Assembly: GCA_965250305.1 (NCBI GenBank)
Contig: CBDFNS010000013.1
Coordinates: 1-64,000, forward strand
Length of the DNA stretch: 64,000 nucleotides
Source: Candidatus Multivoradales bacterium
GTDB lineage: Bacteria; Acidobacteriota; Thermoanaerobaculia; Multivoradales; J023
Direction of reading: 5' to 3'
The position numbers were made by a program, and so were the translations under genes. The notes under the pieces are model-generated. The model saw only the letters and a program-made list of their open reading frames with translations, was not told where the DNA came from and did no database searches. Positions 18,311 to 28,540 of the stretch are shown one piece after another. How positions within the stretch are numbered: position 1 is the first letter of the stretch; each line of letters opens with the position of its first letter.

Positions 18311-19860
18311 ATCGTGGCTGAAGAGGCGCGGCGCAGAACAAGACCTGGGCGGGCGCCCGTGGTTTGGCCTCCTGCATAGACGCTGACGCCGCGTACCCAT
18401 ACCTGGTCGATCCCCACCGAGGGTGCGTGGGGCATTTCGAGGGTGGCGCGGTCGGCAACCGTGGTGGGGTCGAACAACACCAGGTCTGCCACGTTCCCAG
18501 GAGCGATTGCACCGCGGTCACCGATGCCGAGGTTGGCTGCCGCCCGGCCGGTCATGCGGTGCACTGCTTGGGCCAAATTGAGCGCACCGAGATCGCGAAC
18601 GTAGTGGCCGAGAACGCGGGGGAAGGTGCCAAAGCCTCGAGGATGGGTGCCGTCCAAGCCACCATCGCTGCAGATGTTGAGCCACGGCCATTGGATCAAG
18701 CGCGCGATGTCGTCTTCGGTCATGCTCTCGGCAATGACGCTCTCTGCGGACCGTTCGTCATCCGGATGCGCGTTCCGCCACGCCTGGGCCTCCGCGAGGA
18801 GTGCGAGTAGGGCGTCGGCGGGCCCGACGCCGCGCTGCGCCGCGACAGAGGCTACGGTTTGCCCGGCCAGCGCGGGATCGGGACTGAACGCGGCGAGCAG
18901 CATGTTCTCGGGTGCCGCCAGCTCAGTGACTGCAAACGCCGCGGCCGCTCGGTCCGTGTAGTCGCGGTCGGGGAACAACACGGCCAGGGTCGATTGCCAG
19001 TACGTATAGGGGTAAAGATCGGCGGTGACCTCGATGCCTTCGTGGCGCGCGGCGTCGAGGCGTGCCAACAGGGCATCAGCCTGGCCATGAAGGCTCCGCT
19101 GGGCCAGTTTGAGGTGGGAAATCTGGACCGGTAGCCGAGCCTCTCGGCCGATCGTGATCAGCTCCTCGATCGCGGGCCAAAAGGCGCGATCTTCGCTACG
19201 GATATGGCTGATGTAGCGCCCGCCCGCGCGCGCGGCTTCGCGGGCCAGGGTGATGACCTCGTCGGTCGTTGAGTAGATTCCGGGCTCGTACTCCAACCCG
19301 CTCGACAGGCCCAGTGCGCCGGCTTCGAGGTCGTGTTCGAGCAGCGTCCGCATGCGCTCGACCTCGTCGTTGGTCGCTGGTCGCTTGATTTTCTCGCCGA
19401 GCACGGCCAACCGCAGGGAGTTGTGGCCGCTAAAGGAGGCAACATGGACGGCGGCCGGTGCGGCTTCGAGGCGTGCGAAGAATTCGCCGAGGTTGTCGGG
19501 CGAGAATCCATCCTGACCTACAACCATCGTGGTGATGCCTTGGCTCACCGCGGCCAGCGCGTCGGGCAAGCGTTCCAGATCGTCGTCCGCGTGGCTGTGA
19601 CTATCAATGAACCCGGGTGCCAAGATGAGATGCGACGCGGGCTCCATGATCGTTTCGTCACGCTTGGATCGAAGGGTTCCAGCCTCTGCGACGGTCTCGA
19701 CCAGACCGTTGCGGATGCGGATGTCCACCCGTCGGGCTGGTATGCCGGTGCCGTCGAGCATCTGGACGTTCGAGATCAGCCAAGCGTCCGCCGACTTGAC
19801 GCCTTGATCGCCACAGGAAACCACGGTTATGGCGATGGTCAGTAGGGCTGACAGCATGCG
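18304..19860 (-). CDS. D-aminoacylase family amidohydrolase (paralog), lipoprotein
   Basis: APGFIDSHSHADDD.. metal-binding motif and D-aminoacylase homology. Lipobox ITVVSCG. The start was chosen at MLSALL. Confidence 0.7.
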   Translation of the reverse strand, partial: RMLSALLTIAITVVSCGDQGVKSADAWLISNVQMLDGTGIPARRVDIRIRNGLVETVAEAGTLRSKRDETIMEPASHLILAPGFIDSHSHADDDLERLPDALAAVSQGITTMVVGQDGFSPDNLGEFFARLEAAPAAVHVASFSGHNSLRLAVLGEKIKRPATNDEVERMRTLLEHDLEAGALGLSSGLEYEPGIYSTTDEVITLAREAARAGGRYISHIRSEDRAFWPAIEELITIGREARLPVQISHLKLAQRSLHGQADALLARLDAARHEGIEVTADLYPYTYWQSTLAVLFPDRDYTDRAAAAFAVTELAAPENMLLAAFSPDPALAGQTVASVAAQRGVGPADALLALLAEAQAWRNAHPDDERSAESVIAESMTEDDIARLIQWPWLNICSDGGLDGTHPRGFGTFPRVLGHYVRDLGALNLAQAVHRMTGRAAANLGIGDRGAIAPGNVADLVLFDPTTVADRATLEMPHAPSVGIDQVWVRGVSVYAGGQTTGARPGLVLRRASSATIE

Positions 19861-19868
19861 CAGGATGG

Positions 19869-20738
19869 TCACGATGGTGGCTCGCGCCAAACCGGCCGGG
19901 TCAAGCAGGTTGGCCCCCCTTCGGCCTTGAGCGAGATCTCTCGACCTCGGTAGGTATCGACCCAGCAACCGGCTCGCTCGAGCTTCTCTTGGGTCACCGG
20001 GTTGCCTTCCAGCATGATCAATCGGCGCGGAGAGACCGCCAAGACATTGGGAGCCTGGGTCGCCACCTCGTCATCCGGCACGGCGACCAACGCGATACCA
20101 CGGTTGCGCAGGAGCTGCATGAAGGGGACCGTGAGGAGCGGCGGGTAGACGACCGCCAAATCGTGGTCGACGAGGCTGATCGACGAAAGGAGATGCAGGC
20201 AGGCTTCGGGACCGTGGTGGTAAGGCAGCTCGGTGGTCAGCACGGTGACGCCGAACGGGCTCAAACAGGACCGTAGCTGATCGACACCCGCTTGGTTGGT
20301 GCGAAAGCCCAGGCCGGCAACCAAGGTCTGACGGTCGAGCCACAGGAGGTCACCGCCTTCGGCGCGCGCATCACCTTCGAGCCGTGCCAACGTTGGGACG
20401 CCATGCGTCTCGAGCTGCTGGGCCAAGGCGGCTTCTTCGCCGCGCCGAAGCGACTTGCCCATTGACAAGACGATTGTGCCGTGTTCGGTCACCAAAACCG
20501 GGTCGAAAACGTAGATTGCGTCGGCGTGTTGAGGCAACGCCGTGGTGTAGGTCAGCACCTCGGTACCCGCCTCACGGAGCAAGCCGACCAAGGTGTCGTG
20601 CTCGGCTTGAGCAGCGGGGAGATCGGGGGTCGACGCGTAGTGCCATGGCCGTGGATCGGGAACTGCGAACGCAGCGTCCGGGCGCCTGACCAGCACCCGC
20701 CGCAGCGGATCCACCATCGATTGGACACCGTAGCTCAC
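19869..20738 (-). CDS. Amidinotransferase-superfamily hydrolase (DDAH / arginine-deiminase-like)
   Basis: C-terminal catalytic-Cys motif ..SLKAEGGPTCLTRP. A DDAH-like layout is present (D..FVFDP, EGGDLL, HL). Confidence 0.6.
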   Translation of the reverse strand: MSYGVQSMVDPLRRVLVRRPDAAFAVPDPRPWHYASTPDLPAAQAEHDTLVGLLREAGTEVLTYTTALPQHADAIYVFDPVLVTEHGTIVLSMGKSLRRGEEAALAQQLETHGVPTLARLEGDARAEGGDLLWLDRQTLVAGLGFRTNQAGVDQLRSCLSPFGVTVLTTELPYHHGPEACLHLLSSISLVDHDLAVVYPPLLTVPFMQLLRNRGIALVAVPDDEVATQAPNVLAVSPRRLIMLEGNPVTQEKLERAGCWVDTYRGREISLKAEGGPTCLTRPVWREPPS

Positions 20739-21805
20739 GGCGTAAGGCTCACCCCCAAGCCGGGTTGATCGAGGGTGGTCATGATCCCGTCTTGCAACGC
20801 GAAGCCGCCCATCGCCACGTCACGCGCAAGATCGAAGCTGCCGTCGAGATCGATATAGCGGGTGGCGGGGCAAGCGAAGGCGGCGTGCAACGCGGCCGCA
20901 ATGGAAATGACGCTTTCGTCCATGCAGCCCCACATTAGTTCGATGCCGGCCAGGTCGGCGACCGTCGCAATGTCGAGTGCGGGTCGAATACCGCCGCATT
21001 TCATCAGCTTGATGTTGTAGATCCCGCACGCCGCGTCGGGCCGCGCGAGGTCGAGCGCGTCGGCGGCGGTATGAAGGCTTTCATCGGCGGCCACCAGCTG
21101 GCGGAGCGACGCGGGCAGAGCGCGCATGCCGGCACGATCATCGGCTGCCAGCGGTTGCTCGAAGAATTCGAGATCGAGACGCTCGAGAAGTGGGCCGAGA
21201 TGTTCGGCATCGGCCACGGTGTAGCCCTGGTTGGCGTCGACCCGGATCTTGACGTCCGGCCCCACCGCATCGCGCAGGCGAGCAAGGCGCTCGCCGTCCC
21301 CATCGAGATCGTTACCGATCTTGACTTTCAGGTTGCGAAAGCCACGTTCCAAGTACTCGTTGGCATCGGCGAGGGTCTCCTCGACCGATTGAATGCCGAT
21401 GGTGATCGATGTCGGCAGGCTCTGATGACAACGCCCCAGGAGGTCGACTACCGGCACGCCGGCTTGGCAACCGAAAAGATCGTAGAGCGCCATGTCGATC
21501 GCGGCGTGGGCTGCCGGTGTCGATGCGAGTTTCTCTGCCGCGGCACGGGTGAGTGCGCCCAGGTGCTTTGGGTTCTGGCCGACCAGCCAGGCCAGTGCCG
21601 TGGGATCGAGGGCGCTGGTGCACGCTTCGATCGATTCGCCGGTTACGTAGGGTGCGGGCGAGGCCGATCCCAGGCCGGTCGAACCGTCGCTGGCGACCAC
21701 CTCGACAAACAAGAGATCCACCGTGTCGGTGGTCTTGTAGGCGATGGTGTAGGGCCGGGTCAGCGGAACCGCCTGACGCCAGCTTCGAACTTGGGTGATC
21801 TTCAT
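20735..21805 (-). CDS. Dipeptide epimerase (L-Ala-D/L-Glu epimerase-like), enolase superfamily
   Basis: MR/MLE motifs KVKIG, DANQG, EQP and KLMKCGGI. ATGA overlaps on both sides. Confidence 0.8.
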   Translation of the reverse strand: MKITQVRSWRQAVPLTRPYTIAYKTTDTVDLLFVEVVASDGSTGLGSASPAPYVTGESIEACTSALDPTALAWLVGQNPKHLGALTRAAAEKLASTPAAHAAIDMALYDLFGCQAGVPVVDLLGRCHQSLPTSITIGIQSVEETLADANEYLERGFRNLKVKIGNDLDGDGERLARLRDAVGPDVKIRVDANQGYTVADAEHLGPLLERLDLEFFEQPLAADDRAGMRALPASLRQLVAADESLHTAADALDLARPDAACGIYNIKLMKCGGIRPALDIATVADLAGIELMWGCMDESVISIAAALHAAFACPATRYIDLDGSFDLARDVAMGGFALQDGIMTTLDQPGLGVSLTP

Positions 21806-22887
21806 GCCGGCCCCGCTGCGTCGGCGCTGCGCAAGCCGAGGCGATCACACAAGGTGTCCGCCACCCGATCGAGCCCATCTCGGAGCGGCAGGACGACCGG
21901 TATGCCTAACGACTGCTCGAGCCGAGCGCGTTCTGCTTCGGCCTCATCGGGCTCGAGGCCTTTGGTGTTGAGTGTGACTGCCCAAACTTTGACGCCATAG
22001 GCGGCGATTAGTGCGATTTCGTCGGCTACGGTTGGGACCCGACAGTCGAGGTGGGCAAAGCCCTTGAAATGCTTGCGACTGGGTTGATGTTGGAGCACCA
22101 CGCCCTGGGCACCGCAGGAGAGCATCAACTCCGGTCCGCACGGCCCTGACGGGTTACGTAGAGACGCTTGTCCCTCGACCAGGATGACTTGGGGATCTGC
22201 TTCCCGCGCGCACGCGAGCACCGCGCCTTCGAGTTCGCCCGGGACGAAATCATTGGGCGTGGCGTCGAAAAGGAAGCCATGTGGAAAGCCTTGCAGGTAG
22301 CCACTCTGCCCGGTGTAGACCATCTCAGCGCGGATGCCACGACCGGTGAGGGCATCGCGCAGCAGGCTGGCGCTGGTCCGCTTGCCGATGGCGCAGTCGG
22401 TGCCCAAAACAGGGACCCGTGGCGCGGCCAATGAGAGAACCTCACCAGTCCAAAAGCGCAAATCGGCGCTGGGACGGGGCCGACGGAAGTCGATCATCTC
22501 GACCCCGGCCGCGTGGGCTGCTTGGACGATGTCGGGTTCATCGGCCAGCGCGTGGTGCAAGCCATTGATCAGGGTCATGCCAGCTTGGGCGGCCTCGATC
22601 AAGAGTACGCTCAGTTCGGGTGGAATCACGCCACCGACGGTGGCGACGCCAACCACGCATACGTCCGGGACGTTTTCGAGCCGAGCGAGGGCTTCACCGA
22701 TACTGGCATCGATGGGAATGTCGCGAGGACGGCCATCGAGCAAGGTGCCAGCGTCTTGACCTGCGCACGAGGCGTCGACCAGGCTGACAATCTGGTAGCG
22801 ACTGGGTCCTCGAACCATGCCATGGGCGGTTTTGCCTTCAATCGCTTGGAAGCGATCGAGCGTGAGCACAAGCGCTGTTTCCATCAT
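21802..22887 (-). CDS. DUF1611-domain protein (Rossmann-like; typically paired with dipeptide epimerases)
   Basis: DUF1611-type sequence (..CVVGVATVGGVIP.., ..VLGTDCAIGKRTS..). The start at MMETAL was chosen by homology extent. Confidence 0.65.
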   Translation of the reverse strand: MMETALVLTLDRFQAIEGKTAHGMVRGPSRYQIVSLVDASCAGQDAGTLLDGRPRDIPIDASIGEALARLENVPDVCVVGVATVGGVIPPELSVLLIEAAQAGMTLINGLHHALADEPDIVQAAHAAGVEMIDFRRPRPSADLRFWTGEVLSLAAPRVPVLGTDCAIGKRTSASLLRDALTGRGIRAEMVYTGQSGYLQGFPHGFLFDATPNDFVPGELEGAVLACAREADPQVILVEGQASLRNPSGPCGPELMLSCGAQGVVLQHQPSRKHFKGFAHLDCRVPTVADEIALIAAYGVKVWAVTLNTKGLEPDEAEAERARLEQSLGIPVVLPLRDGLDRVADTLCDRLGLRSADAAGPA

Positions 22888-23059
22888 TGCTCGACGGTAT
22901 CCGGCCCCCGAAGGGGCGTCAAGAAGCAAGATGGAGATCGGATTAAGCTCTCCACCCGTGCATTTGTTGAACCCTCGCTCGCCAGGCGTGGTCCCGGAGG
23001 GACTTCCTTTTTCGAGGCGGTGACCTCGGTCACCGATTGCCTTGCTCGCGAGCAACTGG

Positions 23060-25681
23060 TCAGCCCGGGCCTTCCCCCAACCAACGCAGAATGTCGGCAG
23101 CACCAGCAAGGTTGGGGTGGGCGTCGAGGGTTTTGGCCAGCGGGTCGATGACGTCGCGTGTCAGGCTCTCGTCACCGGGCACGAGCGCGAGCGCCCGACG
23201 GTAGGCCTCCCGAGCGTCGTCGGGCTGTCCGAGCAAGAGGAGAAGGCGGCCCTCCTCGGCGCGGGCATCGACTTGTTTGGGCTGCAAGACCGCAACGCGG
23301 CGGATGGCTTCGAGCGCGGTGCGCCAGTCTCCGCGGTCGCGTGCCAAGCGCCAGCGCCAGTCCTCGAAGTCAGGCAGCTCAGGCCGCGTTGCGCGGCCTT
23401 CTTCCACCAGGTCCGACGCTTCACGCTGACGGCCCGCGGCCTGCAATACCTTGACGAGGTTGAGCGTTGTGCGGACCGTTTCGTCGTGGCTTGGACCCAG
23501 GACTTGGCGTTGACGACTCATGGTGTCGTGATAGACCGCCTCAGCTTCGGGCAGGCGGCCGTGACGGCGAAGAGAATTGCCCAGATTGTTCATGCTGATC
23601 AGGGTGTCGGGATGATCGTCTCCGAGTAGGCGCCGCTGGGTATCGGACACTTCCCGGTGCAGGGCTTCCGACTCCTCGTAGCGCTTTTGTTTGTAGAGCG
23701 CATTGGCGAGGTTGTTGAGCGAGCTCAGGGTCTCGGGATGCTCGAGACCAAGACGGGCGCGACGTCGGGCCAGGGTTTCCCGGTAGAGGGCTTCGGCGTC
23801 GGCGTACCGGCCCTCCGTGAACAACGCGTTGGCCAGAAGATTGGCACTCTCGAGGGTTCGCGGGTGCTCGGATCCAAGACGCTGTGTGCGTGCTTCGTGC
23901 ACCTTGCGATAAAGGGCCTCGGCCGTCTCGAGTTGGCCTTGACGATGGTGTGTCTTGGCCAACAGGAGAAGGGTCTCGAGCGTCTCGGGGTGCTGCCGGC
24001 CGTGAACCCGTTCTTGATTCTCGAGCAAGGATTGCAAGGCTTCATTGGTTTCGGCATAGTTGCCGCGAAGGTACGCGGCCGAGGCGACCAGGAACCGAGC
24101 TCGGAGTACGAGGGGAGCATCACCGTCGTGTTCGGCGCGGATTCGGTCTACCAGATCACGGGCCGCGGTTTCCGCTAAAGGGAGATCCTCACCGCGCAAC
24201 GCCAGGTCGACCAATACGAGCTCGGTCTCGATGGTTTCGATAGCCCCGGACGGCGCATGGGTCCGGTGTAGATCCTGCGCGCGGTTGAGCTGGACGCGGG
24301 CGTCGTCGTAAAGACCGAGCGCGAGATAGGTCTTCCCCAGTGTGTGACGAATCGACGCTTCGATCAGCGGCTCGCCACTCAGGTCACTGTCCAGGGTTGC
24401 CAGCTGGCGCTGAACCAAGTCGAGAACCCGTGCGTCGCGGCCTTCTTGCGCCGGATCGGCCGAGGCCAAGAGGTCGGTCAAGAAGCGGTTGACGGTTTGG
24501 GCCTGCTGGGCCGCTGCGCGTGCCTCTCGCTCCGACGACCGTGCGCGCTGAAGGCTGGCAACGATCGTGATGCCGGCGACCACCATGGTCGCCACCGCCA
24601 GGGTCGCCGCGGCGACCGCTGGCCGGTGCCGCGCTACCATTTTGCGTAGGGCGTATCCGCGCCCTCCGGGGTGGGCCAAAACGGGGCGTTGGTCCAGGAA
24701 TCGACCGATATCAGCACCCAGTGCCGCGGCGGAGGGGTAGCGCTCAGCACGTTCGCGGGCGATGGCGCGCAGGACGATCCAATCGAGCTCTCGTGCCAGG
24801 TCGCGCAGCAGGGCCGCGCGCGTCGTGCGGCGATGGTGGCTCACGTTGTCGATCTCTTCGCCCAGCGAGCGACAACGCGCGGAAGGCGCCTCGACGTTCT
24901 GCTCGGCGATCTGCATCAAGTAGTCGAACACACTGCCGCTGGCGGACACGAAGAGCGCCGTCCCGGTCAGCAGTTCGTAGAGAACGTTGCCCAATGCGTA
25001 GACGTCGCTTCGGGTATCGATCCCGCGGGCTCCGCCTTGCATTTGCTCGGGACTCATGTGGCCCGGTGAGCCGACCACTTGACCGGCACGGGTAAGGCCG
25101 CGGTCGTCGTTGATGTGCTTCGCGACGCCGAAATCAATGAGCTTTGGAACCGGCTGTTCGGGTGGGCCGGTCACCAGAATGTTTGACGGCTTGAGGTCGC
25201 GATGGATGATGCCGTGCTCGTGGGCGTGTTGAATTGCCTCGCAGACCTTGGCGAACAAAGCCAACCGCTGCCGGACCGTCAAGCGATGTTGATCGCAGTA
25301 GGCGGTGATCGACAGACCTTCGACGAGCTCCATGACGAAGAACGGATAGCCGTCTTCGGTTTCGCCAGCCTCGTACATCGTCGCGATGTACGGATGGCGC
25401 ATTTGCGCCAAGGTGTGGCACTCGGCACGAAACCGGTTGTCGAGCTGCGACTTGCGTCGTGGCTGAATGACCTTGAGGGCAACGGTCCTGCGCACCGGGG
25501 TTTGCTGTTCGGCGCGATAGACCAGGCCCATGCCACCACGGCCAAGCTCTTCGAGAATCTTGAACCGTTCGGTACGCGGTGGTGACGGGTGAGTATCGCG
25601 ATACGCCGTGGGCAGCGACGGTTCAGGGCAGGTCGCGCCGTCGAGAGCCGTTGGTTTCGGGGTTACCGCCGTCATGGTCAT
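23060..25681 (-). CDS. Serine/threonine protein kinase with TM segment and C-terminal TPR array
   Basis: Hanks kinase motifs GRGGMGLVYRA, VALKV, HRDLKPSNIL, DFGVAK and SPE. A long TPR region follows. Confidence 0.9.
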   Translation of the reverse strand: MTMTAVTPKPTALDGATCPEPSLPTAYRDTHPSPPRTERFKILEELGRGGMGLVYRAEQQTPVRRTVALKVIQPRRKSQLDNRFRAECHTLAQMRHPYIATMYEAGETEDGYPFFVMELVEGLSITAYCDQHRLTVRQRLALFAKVCEAIQHAHEHGIIHRDLKPSNILVTGPPEQPVPKLIDFGVAKHINDDRGLTRAGQVVGSPGHMSPEQMQGGARGIDTRSDVYALGNVLYELLTGTALFVSASGSVFDYLMQIAEQNVEAPSARCRSLGEEIDNVSHHRRTTRAALLRDLARELDWIVLRAIARERAERYPSAAALGADIGRFLDQRPVLAHPGGRGYALRKMVARHRPAVAAATLAVATMVVAGITIVASLQRARSSEREARAAAQQAQTVNRFLTDLLASADPAQEGRDARVLDLVQRQLATLDSDLSGEPLIEASIRHTLGKTYLALGLYDDARVQLNRAQDLHRTHAPSGAIETIETELVLVDLALRGEDLPLAETAARDLVDRIRAEHDGDAPLVLRARFLVASAAYLRGNYAETNEALQSLLENQERVHGRQHPETLETLLLLAKTHHRQGQLETAEALYRKVHEARTQRLGSEHPRTLESANLLANALFTEGRYADAEALYRETLARRRARLGLEHPETLSSLNNLANALYKQKRYEESEALHREVSDTQRRLLGDDHPDTLISMNNLGNSLRRHGRLPEAEAVYHDTMSRQRQVLGPSHDETVRTTLNLVKVLQAAGRQREASDLVEEGRATRPELPDFEDWRWRLARDRGDWRTALEAIRRVAVLQPKQVDARAEEGRLLLLLGQPDDAREAYRRALALVPGDESLTRDVIDPLAKTLDAHPNLAGAADILRWLGEGPG

Positions 25682-25790
25682 GGGACCGATTGGACCAGGG
25701 AATGGTTACGGAGCCCGTAACGATGGGGGGATTTCTTGTCCGGCCGTCCTAACGAGCGAATCGGAAATGATCTGCTTGGCCGGAACATCG

Positions 25791-27176
25791 CTAGTGGTAG
25801 CCAATCCACACCGCAATGGCCAGCGCAAGGCCGGCGGCGATCCACACCTTGACCATGAATGGAAGGATGAACCGGAGCCAGCGGTCGTAGGGAATATGGG
25901 CGAGGCCGAGAATCCCCATGAGAACAGCATTGGTGGGGACCAGAATGTTGGTGAAGCCGTCGCCGAATTGGTAGGCGAGAACCGCAACTTGACGCTCGAT
26001 CGACAGCAGGTCGGCGACCGGCGCCATGATCGGCATGGTCACGTAGGCCTGGCCGCTGCCGGAAGGGATGAACAGGTTGCACAAGCTCTGGACCGCGAGC
26101 ATGCCAACAGCCGCGAGCGACGCGCCGACATGTTGGAGCGGCGCGGCAATGCCGTTGACGATCGTGTCGATCACATTGCCGTCTTCGAGCACCAGCAGGA
26201 TGGCGCGGGCGAAGCCGATCAAGAGCGCCGTCGTGGTCAACTCGGCGGCGCCATGACAGAAGGCCTTGGCCGCGTCGTCCCCCTTGAGGCCGGCGATCAA
26301 CGCCAAGACCAACGAGAGGGCAATGAACATGGCGCCCATTTCCTGGACGTACCAGTGCCAGCCGCTCCAACTTCCTAGGCCCCAGATGATCACGGCGAAG
26401 GCGATGGTGGTGAGCAAGAGGATGAGCTTGTGGCGACCGGTAAGGGTGGCGCCCTTCTGGACCACCCAGCTGTCGTCGGGCGCGATATCGGCCACCAGGC
26501 TCCGGCCGGGTTCGTCGCGGACCTTGCGGGCATAGGACCAAACATGATGAATGCCAATGGCAAGGAACGGTACGGTGAGCACGAGTCGATACCAAGCGCC
26601 GCTGGTTGGTGTGAGTCCAGCGACATCCTGCGCGATCATCACCGTGAATGGATTCACCGTTGCCACGCCGTATCCGATGCCGTAGCCGCAACAGAGGATG
26701 CCAACCGCCGTAACGGCGTCGAATCCCAAGCCGATGGCCAACGCGAGCAGGATCGGCACGAACGGTATGTACTCTTCGGCCATCCCTAGGGTGGCCGAGC
26801 CCGCGGCGAACAGCACCATGGCGCCCACGATGAAGATCGCCGGTCGTCCGCCAAGGAGTCCGAGCAGGAGACCGATCAAGGCATCGATGGCACCGGTGGC
26901 GCGCAGCAACCCGAAAGCACCACCAACCAAGAACACGAAGAAGATGATCTCTTGTGCCTCGGCGAAACCGCGGGGGATGACCGTGAAGATTTTGAACGGG
27001 CTGAGGCGGGTTGTTTCCTCAGCTTGTGTGAACGACCCCGCGACCACCTGTTCGCGACCCGCGTCGTTGGTGACGCGCTCGAAATTGCCCTGGGGCAGCA
27101 TATAGGTCATGAGCAAGGCGATAACGATCATGCCGAAGAGCAGGATCAGCGTGTGCGGTACGCGGATGGCGGCCAT
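25791..27176 (-). CDS. YfcC-family membrane transporter (putative basic amino acid / peptide-associated antiporter)
   Basis: Polytopic membrane protein with YfcC/ArcD-like sequence. Confidence 0.7.
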   Translation of the reverse strand: MAAIRVPHTLILLFGMIVIALLMTYMLPQGNFERVTNDAGREQVVAGSFTQAEETTRLSPFKIFTVIPRGFAEAQEIIFFVFLVGGAFGLLRATGAIDALIGLLLGLLGGRPAIFIVGAMVLFAAGSATLGMAEEYIPFVPILLALAIGLGFDAVTAVGILCCGYGIGYGVATVNPFTVMIAQDVAGLTPTSGAWYRLVLTVPFLAIGIHHVWSYARKVRDEPGRSLVADIAPDDSWVVQKGATLTGRHKLILLLTTIAFAVIIWGLGSWSGWHWYVQEMGAMFIALSLVLALIAGLKGDDAAKAFCHGAAELTTTALLIGFARAILLVLEDGNVIDTIVNGIAAPLQHVGASLAAVGMLAVQSLCNLFIPSGSGQAYVTMPIMAPVADLLSIERQVAVLAYQFGDGFTNILVPTNAVLMGILGLAHIPYDRWLRFILPFMVKVWIAAGLALAIAVWIGYH

Positions 27177-27341
27177 AGGCGCGACTCCCAGGTGTCAGGG
27201 TGGACGGATGGTGTGGGGATGATCTCACACTCGTAGCGAAATTCGATTCAACCGATTTTCTCCGCCGCTGCGAAGGAAGGGGTGAGGCGGCATAGAGCGT
27301 GCCGCGTCGCTACCGACGACGAAGCAAGAGGAGAGTTTTGA

Positions 27342-27662
27342 ATGTTCTACGTCTCGAAGAAACCGCTGGCCCTGCTTTTCACCTTCCTGGCGATCCCAGC
27401 AACCCCGCGCGATCAACAGGTCGAATTGGGTGTCGCGGCGGGCTATCCCAATGGTCGATGTCCGGGAGATGACACGGTCGATATCTCCTTGCGTGCGGTC
27501 ATGGGCGTTCTGTGTCATCTCGGCACGGGAGCCCGCGATCCAGATGATGCGCCCTCCGGCCTTTTGCCACTCACGGATGGAGCGCTTCAGAAAGCCGACC
27601 GGTTCGACAACGCCTTCCCCTACTTGACGACACCCATCCCGGGTGCCAACGGCGCGCCGTAA
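27342..27662 (+). CDS. Small hypothetical protein with N-terminal hydrophobic segment
   Basis: Strong SD aggaga 7 nt upstream of the ATG. Lower-GC region. No recognisable domain. Confidence 0.3.
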   Translation: MFYVSKKPLALLFTFLAIPATPRDQQVELGVAAGYPNGRCPGDDTVDISLRAVMGVLCHLGTGARDPDDAPSGLLPLTDGALQKADRFDNAFPYLTTPIPGANGAP

Positions 27663-27709
27663 TGAAAGGCCTGGTCTCCACGTTGGCATGCACCACGCTG
27701 GATCGGGCT

Positions 27710-27740
27710 GGCCGAGGTGGCCGACGTGGCCGAGGTGGCC
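27710..27740. repeat. 9-bp tandem repeat (ggccgaggt-like) x3.4 upstream of the ECF sigma gene
   Basis: ggccgaggt / ggccgacgt / ggccgaggt / ggcc. Confidence 0.5.
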
Positions 27741-27900
27741 AGCCTAGGGCCGGAAGATCTGCCATTGGTTTGGCTCGGCGAGCCCTGTGCTTGGTGATGG
27801 GTTGGGTCGCAACCGCCGGTCCAGGGGCCGAAGGCTGGAAATGGCGCACCACCTTTACGACGCTGACCGTCGCCTTGTTGCGCACGGCCGATCTGTCTTC

Positions 27901-28539
27901 ATGAGCACGACCACAATGACAAGGCTTCCGTTCATCGCTGGCAACGCGATCAAAGAGAAGGGTATAGTCCCCTTCGTGCCAACCACGGATGTGTCATCGG
28001 GAACGCTGGACGGATTCGACGATGTGATGTTGTTGGCGCGCATCGCAGGTCACGATCGTGTTGCCTTTCGGGTATTTTACAATCGTCATGCAGGCCGTAT
28101 TCTTGCGTCATTACGTCATCTTTGTAAGGGCGCTGCACTGGCCGATGATCTTCTTCAGGAAGTATTTCTTGCTGTTTGGCGCAAAGCGGGAGGCTATCGG
28201 CCTGAACGCGGCGATGTCGGCGGTTGGTTATTTACGGTAAGCCGAAACAAGGTGATCGATGCCCGATGTCGTGGTCGGTTGCCACTGGCGGATTCTGATG
28301 TCGGGGAGCTGACGACCTTGGCGTCGCCACCGGAGCCACGCCGTGAGCTTCGGTTGAGCCTGTACCAGGCATTGGGGACGCTGAGCATGGAGCAACGTGA
28401 GGCGGTTATCTTGACCTACTTGGGCGGCTTTACCTACGACGAAACCGCTGCGCGTCTCAATGTTCCACTCGGTACGCTGAAATCCCGCTTGCGCGCTGGC
28501 ATCCAGAGGTTGCGGCGGCGACTGGGTGAAGGAGCCTGA
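27901..28539 (+). CDS. ECF (group IV) RNA polymerase sigma factor
   Basis: Sigma-70 region 2 (DDLLQEVFLAVWRKAGGY) and region 4 (EAVILTYLGGFTYDETAARLNVPLGTLKSRL). Start is uncertain (27901 or about 28020). Confidence 0.8.
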   Translation: MSTTTMTRLPFIAGNAIKEKGIVPFVPTTDVSSGTLDGFDDVMLLARIAGHDRVAFRVFYNRHAGRILASLRHLCKGAALADDLLQEVFLAVWRKAGGYRPERGDVGGWLFTVSRNKVIDARCRGRLPLADSDVGELTTLASPPEPRRELRLSLYQALGTLSMEQREAVILTYLGGFTYDETAARLNVPLGTLKSRLRAGIQRLRRRLGEGA

Positions 28540-28540
28540 G

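Noticed and set aside
27225-27689. 154-aa minus-strand ORF antisense to the small + strand ORF 27342..27662
   Set aside because: Codon-position GC does not discriminate between the two. The + strand ORF has a strong SD and is co-oriented with the sigma gene. The minus ORF has no recognisable family, so it is kept only as an alternative.
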